DNA of 22,827 nt, taken from contig JALGVJ010000050.1 in the NCBI GenBank assembly GCA_029838195.1, positions 1 through 22,827 on the forward strand, read 5' to 3'. Source of the DNA: Promethearchaeota archaeon. Lineage in GTDB: Archaea; Asgardarchaeota; Lokiarchaeia; Sigyniarchaeales; SOKP01. Numbering within the stretch: the stretch's first letter is position 1; each line of letters starts with the position of its first letter. The notes under the pieces are model-generated. The model saw nothing but the letters and a program-made list of their open reading frames with translations, had not been told where the DNA came from and searched no databases. Positions 15,955 to 22,827 of this stretch are shown here, piece after piece. Both the position numbers and the translations under genes were made by a program.

Positions 15955-17415
15955 ATGACAATAGATAAGAAAGAGTTGGAAGAAAAAGCCGATTCATTGG
16001 AGCGAAAAGCTCGTGAAGAAATGGAAAAGAAAAATTATCTTCTTGCTCTCTCTTTATTTGAAGAGGCTAAAAAAATTAGTGCAGACTTAGGTTTTAAAGG
16101 GCAAGTAAGTTCTATCGAAAAAAAAATCATGCAGATAAAGAATATCTTGAGATATCATGATATCGAAATAAAAACGACTCCTCAAAAAGAGCTGGTGGAT
16201 TTAGAAATAGAAGGGAATTCATTGTTACATGAAGCAGCTAAATACATGGAAGAAAAAAAATATTTCGATGCTTTGAAAACGTATGAAAGGGCCTATTCAA
16301 TTTTTGAAAAATTAGATTATAAATTTCAGAGTCAAAAGGTATTAGAGAAAATCAAGCTATTAAAGGCTCAATTAAAAGAAGAAAAGGCAAGTATAACTCC
16401 ACCTCACCCAGTAGAAATAGGAATAAAAGATAAAATTAAATCTCCAAGAGAACGGGGGGTAGTTCCGTTAGAGATTGAAGCTAATGAGATAAAAGAATTG
16501 AAATATATTGAGCAAGAGAAAAATAGGATTGAAAAAGAAATCCAAAAACTCATTGAAAAAAAGAATGAATTAAAAAAGCGTGAGCAGGATTTAAAAAAAA
16601 TTATTGAAGAGAAGAATTTGAGTTTCAATGAATCAGAAAAATTAGATAAATCTACAAAAAAACAATTGATAATACAAGAACAAATTGATGAGAAAAGAAA
16701 AAAGGAACTGGAAGAAGCTGGGCAAAAAAGAAGGAAGATCTTGGAAAAGTTGAAAAAGGAAGAAGAAAAAAGAATCCAAGAGAAAGAAAGATTGGAACGT
16801 TTAAAACAGGCAGAATTAAAAAGATTAGAAAAATTGCGTGAAGAAGAAGAATTATTAAAATCTATGAAAGAAAAAGAAGAAAAGAAAAATCAATTAAAAA
16901 AGGAGGCTGAAACAGCCTTAGAAAGAGGACGAGCTTTTCTTGATAAAAAAAAGTTCAAGGAAGCAAAAAAAGCTTATCATGAGGCCATTAACCGTTTAAA
17001 AACATTAGGATGGTTTGACCAAGTTGAAATTTTGTATAATGAGATTAAGAATATTGAAAAATATGAAACAGAATACCTAAAACAAGTCAAATATGAAGCT
17101 CAGATTAGGGAAGAAAGAGAGCTTGAGTTTCAAAAGCGATTAGAGGAAATGAGAATTCAGAAAGAAGAGGAAGAGAGGGCAAAATTATTAGAAATGAATT
17201 CCCTACCTATCGAGATTAAAAATAAAATAAACAAGGCAAATTTAGCCATCGAAAAAGGAGAGCAAGAGGAAGCTGCAGGCGAGATTGAAAAAGCCTTAGG
17301 GCGTTATCAATTTGCTCTTTCTCTGTTTAAATCCATCTCCCTCCCGAATCATGATTTTAGTAAAAACATCGCTGAAATTGAAACTAAAATTTCTAAGATA
17401 AAATCAAATCGGTAA
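15955..17415 (+). CDS. Helical repeat protein with four MIT/TPR-like units and a central E/K/R-rich single-alpha-helix/coiled-coil region
   Basis: Repeats KAREEMEKKNYLLALSLFEEAKKI, EAAKYMEEKKYFDALKTYERAYSI, RGRAFLDKKKFKEAKKAYHEAINR and KGEQEEAAGEIEKALGRYQFALSL; linker KKEEEKRIQEKERLERLKQAELKRLEKLREEEE. Confidence 0.75.
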   Translation: MTIDKKELEEKADSLERKAREEMEKKNYLLALSLFEEAKKISADLGFKGQVSSIEKKIMQIKNILRYHDIEIKTTPQKELVDLEIEGNSLLHEAAKYMEEKKYFDALKTYERAYSIFEKLDYKFQSQKVLEKIKLLKAQLKEEKASITPPHPVEIGIKDKIKSPRERGVVPLEIEANEIKELKYIEQEKNRIEKEIQKLIEKKNELKKREQDLKKIIEEKNLSFNESEKLDKSTKKQLIIQEQIDEKRKKELEEAGQKRRKILEKLKKEEEKRIQEKERLERLKQAELKRLEKLREEEELLKSMKEKEEKKNQLKKEAETALERGRAFLDKKKFKEAKKAYHEAINRLKTLGWFDQVEILYNEIKNIEKYETEYLKQVKYEAQIREERELEFQKRLEEMRIQKEEEERAKLLEMNSLPIEIKNKINKANLAIEKGEQEEAAGEIEKALGRYQFALSLFKSISLPNHDFSKNIAEIETKISKIKSNR

Positions 17416-17655
17416 AGATGATTTGTGCCTTTTTCGTTGATTTCCCTCTTTATTGCAAGGAACATTAAATGAGCTTTATCAACTTGTTTTTTTTGAATTA
17501 TTCACCTCAGAATTTTGCTAATATATCTTTTCATTAGATAAAATAGCCATGAAAAGAAAATAAAAGGGATTAAAGATTTTAGGAATGAATCTCTTTTTTT
17601 ATAAGAAATGATATTTTTATTAATGCAACAGTTCTTGCTTGAAATCGTGAGATAA

Positions 17656-18699
17656 ATGGATAATCCTTTTAAATCATTCACTCATGTTCCCTCCGCTCAA
17701 GTCCTTTTGGACATTGCATTTAAAAGAGCGATGAAAAGTTCCGCTTCAGTATCTAAAAATGCGCCCATTTTAATTAAGGCAAAGAAAAAGGAATCAATGC
17801 GGGTTAAAACAGCGATAAATGAATTAATTAAATTTGTTTTAAATATTATAAAAAGCGTACCCATTATTGAAGAACTTCCTGAATTTTATAAAGAATTAGC
17901 CTCTCTCTTGGTGGATGTGGATCAATTAAAATTGAATTTAGGGAAACTAAATGGAACCTTGCCCGTGTTGAGCAAATTAGAGCGGGAATATTTAAAAAAA
18001 ATAAGCCGAATTGAAGAACCAAGAGAAGGGGATAGATTACGCAGATCTGCATTTGGAAGAATCTCTTCCATTGTAAAAAAGCAGGAGAGTTCCCTTCGCT
18101 ATTTAAATGAGGTACGGGGCGCTTTAAGATCTATGCCCTCGATTGATTTAACAAAACCATGTGTTGTAGTTGCCGGGTATCCAAACGTGGGAAAAAGCAG
18201 TTTAGTTAAATTAATATCTACGAACAAAAAAATTGAAGTTCAAGAATACCCGTTCACGACAAAGAAACTTAATATGGGTCATTATATGATACAAAGAAAA
18301 TTTGATAGCGTTCAAATACAAATATTAGATACACCCGGGATCTTAGATCGCCCAATGAAACAAAGAAATAACATTGAATTACAAGCCATTTTAGCTCTTC
18401 GTTTAGTTTCCGATTTAATCATCTACATTTTTGATCCCACGCCAGCATGTGGATATTCCATTAAATCTCAAGTGGAATTATATAAAGAAATTAGACAAAA
18501 CTTCATAAGAAATAACATGGTGGACATGTTAGTTGTTTTTAATAAAATTGATTTAGCTAAACAATCTGAAATTGATTATCTTCTTGATCTTTTAAATTTA
18601 ACTCGGAATGATGTCATTTTAATAAACGCACTAAAAGGGGATAACATTGATTCCGTTTTATCCTATTTAAATGCTCGATATTCCAACGCAGAACTTTAA
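17656..18699 (+). CDS. nog1: NOG1-family GTPase (OBG superfamily, ribosome biogenesis)
   Basis: N-terminal helical domain LLDIAFKRA..LPEFYKEL..AFGRISS; G1 GYPNVGKS, G2 YPFTT, G3 DTPGILDRP..RNNIE, G4 NKID. Confidence 0.95.
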   Translation: MDNPFKSFTHVPSAQVLLDIAFKRAMKSSASVSKNAPILIKAKKKESMRVKTAINELIKFVLNIIKSVPIIEELPEFYKELASLLVDVDQLKLNLGKLNGTLPVLSKLEREYLKKISRIEEPREGDRLRRSAFGRISSIVKKQESSLRYLNEVRGALRSMPSIDLTKPCVVVAGYPNVGKSSLVKLISTNKKIEVQEYPFTTKKLNMGHYMIQRKFDSVQIQILDTPGILDRPMKQRNNIELQAILALRLVSDLIIYIFDPTPACGYSIKSQVELYKEIRQNFIRNNMVDMLVVFNKIDLAKQSEIDYLLDLLNLTRNDVILINALKGDNIDSVLSYLNARYSNAEL

Positions 18700-18795
18700 G
18701 ATCGAGATATTCATCTAAAAAACATGTAAGGTGAAATATTATCATTATAAACTTACATGAAGTAGATAAATAAAGTATAAAAAAGAATATCTATC

Positions 18796-19878
18796 ATGGA
18801 AATGAAAACAATTTTAGGATTAGATATCGGAGGAGCTAATACAAAAGCGGCTTTACTTACATTCAAAAATAATTTAATAGAAGAAAGCATATCTCATGTC
18901 GAATATTTTCCTTTTTGGAAAAAAACCATTGAGCAAATTCCGGAAATGTTTAAAAGAATAATTTCACGATTATTAAGAGGTACTCCCAATAAATTGAAAA
19001 AGATTGATCAGATCGCAATTACTATTACTGCTGAACTTTCAGATGCTTTTCAAACAAAACGTGAAGGTATTTTAACCATTTTAGCAGCCCTCCAAAAAAT
19101 TTTTAAAAAAGATAAAATGAAATTTATTTCAAATATGGCTAAATTTCTCGATTTTGAAGAAGTCAAATCAAATCCGCTTTCTATTGCTGCGGCAAATTGG
19201 GTTTCTACTGCATTATTTTTAGGGAAATATGTTCCTCAATGCATTTTAATTGACTCGGGGTCTACTACAACAGATATCATTCCCATTAAGGATTCTATTC
19301 CCGTGGCGAGAGGAAAAGATGACATTTCTCGACTGATAAATCACGAGTTAATTTATACCGGTGGATTAAGAGCTACCATTCCCTCCATAACCCATCATGT
19401 TCCTTATAAACAAACGAGGGTTAGAATTTCATTTGAGAAATTTGCCTTAATTTCTGATGTTCATAGGATATTAAATAACATTTCCGAGCAAGAATATATC
19501 AATGATACGGCTGATCATCGCTCAAAATCACTCGAATATTGTTATGCTCGCTTAGCGAGAATACTATGCATGGATATGGAAACCATTGAGAGGAAAGATT
19601 TAGACAAGATTGCGAGATATATTTATGAAAAACAATTAACAATCATCTCTAAAGAACTACAATTATTTTTGAGAGATTTCATGCTACGTATTCCTTCTTT
19701 TAATGATAATCCTCTCTTCGTCTTAACCGGGCTATCAGCAAATTTTTTAATAAAACCTGTTCTTGAAAGATTAGGGTATAACAATATCGTATCTTATGAA
19801 AACGTCACTAATGTCCCTGATAATATTAGTTCTTCAGCTTTTGCCGTGGCAGGAGCCCTCTATTATACTTCATTATAA
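18796..19878 (+). CDS. mfnF: Methanofuran biosynthesis protein MfnF (hydantoinase A/ASKHA-like)
   Basis: LGLDIGGANTK, YFPFW, TAELSDAFQTKREG, AAANW, IDSGSTTTDIIP, ELIYTG..R, EKFA..SDV, TADHR and ARLARILC. Adjacent to mfnE. Confidence 0.88.
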   Translation: MEMKTILGLDIGGANTKAALLTFKNNLIEESISHVEYFPFWKKTIEQIPEMFKRIISRLLRGTPNKLKKIDQIAITITAELSDAFQTKREGILTILAALQKIFKKDKMKFISNMAKFLDFEEVKSNPLSIAAANWVSTALFLGKYVPQCILIDSGSTTTDIIPIKDSIPVARGKDDISRLINHELIYTGGLRATIPSITHHVPYKQTRVRISFEKFALISDVHRILNNISEQEYINDTADHRSKSLEYCYARLARILCMDMETIERKDLDKIARYIYEKQLTIISKELQLFLRDFMLRIPSFNDNPLFVLTGLSANFLIKPVLERLGYNNIVSYENVTNVPDNISSSAFAVAGALYYTSL

Positions 19879-19896
19879 AAAAGGGTAATAGAATTC

Positions 19897-20661
19897 ATGC
19901 AAGATTATAAATCCCAAATTCAGATATTCAAAATTGGAGGAAATATATTAGAACATCCTCCCGATCTAAATAATGTACTAAATCAAATGCGAAAATTAAA
20001 AGCAGAAAATAAAATTCAAAAAATTTGTTTAATCCCTGGCGGAGGCACTCTCGCTAATTTCGTAAGATATCTTGATAAGGAATTGGGATTAAATAAACAT
20101 GACTCTCATTGGATGGCAATCCATGCCATGGAGTATAATGGAATACAGTTATGTAACAACCATGAAGATATTACGCCCGTTAAAAATATTCAAGAAATAT
20201 TAACCTCTTCTTCTATATTTCTTCACGTTTTCTTACCTCTTAACTTTCTCAAAAAAAATGACGTGCTTCCTCATGACTGGAGCGTTACCTCAGATTCAAT
20301 TTCTATTTATTTAGCCTCTGTTTTTAACCTGACTCAATGCTTTTTAATTAAAGATGTAGATGGGATTCTGGATTCTAACGGCAAATTAATGAAAGAAATA
20401 ACCGCATCACGTTTTAATGAAATGAAAGCATTAAGGGAATTGGCTTCAATACCTTCTAATGATACTATAATTAAAACATCTCGACCGATTGATTCATATA
20501 GCAGTTCATTGATCAATATCCATGGAATTAATTGTATTCTCTTAAATGGAAAAACCCCTAAGAAATGCATATATGATTATTTTAATGAAAACATTCCCGA
20601 TTCTGAGAAAGTTTACACGCGTCTCATGCCCGATCGAAAAAATTCTCACTCCAATAAATAA
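19897..20661 (+). CDS. mfnE: Methanofuran biosynthesis kinase MfnE (amino-acid kinase family)
   Basis: KIGG, IPGGGTLANFVR, SHWMAIHAM, LPHDWSVTSDSI and KDVDG. Starts 18 bp after mfnF. Confidence 0.88.
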   Translation: MQDYKSQIQIFKIGGNILEHPPDLNNVLNQMRKLKAENKIQKICLIPGGGTLANFVRYLDKELGLNKHDSHWMAIHAMEYNGIQLCNNHEDITPVKNIQEILTSSSIFLHVFLPLNFLKKNDVLPHDWSVTSDSISIYLASVFNLTQCFLIKDVDGILDSNGKLMKEITASRFNEMKALRELASIPSNDTIIKTSRPIDSYSSSLINIHGINCILLNGKTPKKCIYDYFNENIPDSEKVYTRLMPDRKNSHSNK

Positions 20662-20771
20662 GTCTTCTTTTCTTTTAATGTAAATTTCCGTGCTTTAAAA
20701 TTTTCAAAAGAAAAAATTAATATAACTGCTGTAAATTTAATTAATGTATTAAAATAAATTTCGTGAAGCAA

Positions 20772-21272
20772 ATGGAACCAGAAGAAATAAAAAAAAATGC
20801 CGAATTTCTCATAAATAATCTTTCCGGAATGGAAATACCTGGCAAAGTAAATATAAAAGTACGCTATAAAAATCTAGTGAATTTCGCTAAAATTTATGGA
20901 ATTACCGACCCAAAATACGTAGGTCCCGAAGAAGAGGGAATTGTAGCGTGCCACGCGTTTGCTAACCATTTTACGGTTAAAGCCCTCTATAAATTGCTTT
21001 TGGGTATGAAACTCGTTCAAGATGGAAAAGAAAGACCATTTCTCATTAATCCCGGAAAACTCTTGCATGCGGGACAAAAATATAATTGGGAAGGATGCGT
21101 GGATGTAAAACCCGGTGATGTCCTAACTATTACTGCTAAATGGGGTAAGGTATGGTTAGTTGAGAAGAACATGATCTTATTTGCAGAATTGCTCGTGACC
21201 GTTAAAAATCAAAATGACGAAATGGTATGTAAGCCTACCGTAACGGCCGCCGTGAGGCCAGGGGGTTATTAG
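20772..21272 (+). CDS. MaoC-like hot-dog protein, non-catalytic partner (HadA/MaoC_dehydrat_N-like)
   Basis: NFAKIYGITDPKY, LLHAGQKYNW..VKPGDVLT and VKNQNDEMV; lacks the D-x-N-x-x-H motif. ATG 20772 preferred, GTG 20763 is the alternative. Confidence 0.8.
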   Translation: MEPEEIKKNAEFLINNLSGMEIPGKVNIKVRYKNLVNFAKIYGITDPKYVGPEEEGIVACHAFANHFTVKALYKLLLGMKLVQDGKERPFLINPGKLLHAGQKYNWEGCVDVKPGDVLTITAKWGKVWLVEKNMILFAELLVTVKNQNDEMVCKPTVTAAVRPGGY

Positions 21273-21293
21273 AAATTTTGGAGGGATGAAAAA

Positions 21294-21842
21294 ATGGTTA
21301 CAATTTCAGAAATAAAAGTTGGACAAGAAATTAAAAATGAATTTGATGGCATTACTCGTGAATTATTAAGACAATATGCTAAGGTTAGCGGTGATACTAA
21401 TCCGATTCATACAAATGATGCGGTAGCGATAAAAGCGGGACTCAAGGGAGTTATAGCACATGGACTCTTTAGCTTCGGCTTTATAACCAAATTATTTGAA
21501 GATTATCTCAATCAAGAACGAGACGGGAAGATCATTGAAATTAGTGTAGAAATGCGAGGCATGATTCGTGTTGGAGACCTTTTAATCACTAAAGCAGTCG
21601 TTTCCAAAATTGAAGGAAAACGAGTGTTTTTTGATGTGACACAAACATCCATTACTTACGTGGATATTAAAGATAAAGAGGGAAATATAGTCAAGCAATT
21701 CGAAGCGGGAGAAAGAGGCTACATCACGGAGAAAGACATCCAACAAGGATTGGTAAAGACAAAAGAAATACCCGAAGGAATCTTGACTTATAGGGAAATG
21801 ATTGCCACGCCGGGTACGGCTGTTATCGAGCTGTTTCAATAA
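21294..21842 (+). CDS. MaoC-family (R)-specific enoyl-CoA hydratase/dehydratase, catalytic subunit
   Basis: Hydratase-2 motif YAKVSGDTNPIH followed by AGLKGVIAHG. GGAGG RBS upstream. Confidence 0.9.
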   Translation: MVTISEIKVGQEIKNEFDGITRELLRQYAKVSGDTNPIHTNDAVAIKAGLKGVIAHGLFSFGFITKLFEDYLNQERDGKIIEISVEMRGMIRVGDLLITKAVVSKIEGKRVFFDVTQTSITYVDIKDKEGNIVKQFEAGERGYITEKDIQQGLVKTKEIPEGILTYREMIATPGTAVIELFQ

Positions 21843-21865
21843 AGAGTGATATAATGGTTAAATAA

Positions 21866-21894
21866 TTTTTTTTTTACTTTACCTTTTTCTATTT
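21866..21894 (+). terminator. Oligo-T terminator candidate for the MaoC pair
   Basis: T10 run and further T tracts starting about 24 nt after the stop codon. Confidence 0.45.
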
Positions 21895-22035
21895 CCTAAA
21901 TTACGAGTTCATGTTATTATAAAAAATATTAGCTGTTAGTACAAAGCTAATAACTAACTCTCTTTCTATTTTAAGATTAATAGGTTCTTGATACTTTTTT
22001 TCAGAAAAGAAGAAAGGTGTTTTGAAACATGAAAC

Positions 22036-22614
22036 TCATGAAATCCCTACGAGTTGGATTCTAAATAAGGAAAAATTAGGAAAGGAAGTATAAAGTTTTT
22101 CTTTAATGGGCGTTTTCATTGAATTTTTGTCTAAATATATCTTATTTTTCGCTGAATAAATCTTCAAACTAACGTTCCAAACCATGGCACACATTCTAAC
22201 GCCGCCTTTGCTTACGCCCTCGAATCTGAGATTCTTAAAACCAAACTTTTTCTTCACTTTAGAGAGAATTCCCATCATGACTTGTGGAAACATGTATGCG
22301 GGACTTCCATTGTCATGGTACCTAAAATAAGTATTAGCGAAACACGTTTTACAACTATCTTGTTTTGCGATCACTTTCATGATACGTCCTTTTTCATTTT
22401 TGATAAAATCTACTTTAGCATTATCCGTAATTGCCCAATCTTCTTCTAAAAAACGTTTTATCTCATATAATAAGTCATCAGTTGTTTCAATTCCTGTCTC
22501 ATCAAATTCTTTTCCAATAGTTCGCCCTATTTTGGTTAAAATCTCATTTTTTTCATTAGGAGGGAGAGCTTTTTGAAGGGCATACCATAATTTGGAAAAA
22601 GTACTATAATGCAT
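22036..22614 (-). CDS. V4R/H-NOX/TRAPP-Bet3-like ligand-binding-fold protein, possibly decaying
   Basis: ILTKIGRTIGKEF (G-x3-G helix), beta hairpin, SCKTC, MFPQVMMGIL and terminal CAMVW strand. The last ~43 aa look atypical. Confidence 0.55.
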   Translation of the reverse strand: MHYSTFSKLWYALQKALPPNEKNEILTKIGRTIGKEFDETGIETTDDLLYEIKRFLEEDWAITDNAKVDFIKNEKGRIMKVIAKQDSCKTCFANTYFRYHDNGSPAYMFPQVMMGILSKVKKKFGFKNLRFEGVSKGGVRMCAMVWNVSLKIYSAKNKIYLDKNSMKTPIKEKLYTSFPNFSLFRIQLVGIS

Positions 22615-22743
22615 TCATCTTATAATCACGAGTTTTTTGAGTAATAATAAAACTCAAGAAAAATAATCTTTAACTTAATGATCATTAAAATTAATGAATA
22701 TTAGATTTTTTTTTATGAGGTAGCAAATTAATCTCACCTCCGA

Positions 22744-22827
22744 CTAAATTGCGCCCCCGCCTTTTTTTGCTTTTTGTCGAACATGCTTATTCACATCCAC
22801 GTCAAATTCCCTGTATTGCTTGCTTCT
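22744..22827 (-). CDS. Possible 3' end of a gene entering from beyond the window
   Basis: Open frame RSKQYREFDVDVNKHVRQKAKKGGGAI* from the window edge to TAG 22746-22744; more GC-rich than the adjacent intergenic DNA. Confidence 0.35.
   Translation of the reverse strand, partial: RSKQYREFDVDVNKHVRQKAKKGGGAI

Noticed and set aside
5957-22576. Remaining 60-93 aa alternative-frame or antisense ORFs (e.g. 5957-6193, 6976-7239, 8365-8589, 10321-10548, 14106-14387, 15501-15776, 20334-20570, 21582-21839, 22379-22576)
   Set aside because: They largely overlap well-supported genes and show no motifs, so they are treated as shadow ORFs.
22717-22741. GAGGT..ACCTC imperfect hairpin containing a perfect GGAGGTGA RBS on the minus strand
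   Set aside because: The stem is short and the following TTG frame is only 11 codons; I cannot distinguish a terminator, a gene relic or chance.
1-22827. CRISPR array, rRNA or tRNA genes
   Set aside because: No regularly spaced direct repeats or recognisable RNA gene motifs were seen.

Overview
AT-rich (about 30% GC) archaeal chromosomal window, most likely from an Asgard archaeon (Lokiarchaeia-like). This is inferred from an HMf-type histone, a 20S proteasome beta subunit, a C4HC3 RING protein, a NOG1 GTPase, methanofuran genes mfnF/mfnE, archaeal-type Asd and GGAGG/GGTGA ribosome-binding sites. The first 2 kb is a decay zone: a shattered ISL3/IS256-like DDE transposase, then a PAPS-reductase-family pseudogene that the ORF track misses. 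The most interesting block (2184-8857) contains a 694-aa coiled-coil protein with a C-terminal RING, a proteasome beta subunit lacking the catalytic Thr1, a divergently transcribed histone, a small membrane protein, a membrane-anchored winged-helix/PCI-like zinc-ribbon protein, and a PA-M28-fold protein with a rewired, Cys/His-substituted metal site. The rest is mostly metabolic or housekeeping: hexulose-phosphate isomerase, type II pantothenate kinase, a DUF362 Fe-S protein with a coupled orphan, asd, a MIT/TPR-like repeat protein, nog1-mfnF-mfnE, a HadAB-like MaoC pair, and a possibly decaying V4R-fold gene. TCATGA/CATG words look over-represented. I found no rRNA, tRNA or CRISPR array. All family assignments come from motif recognition by eye; no database search was run.
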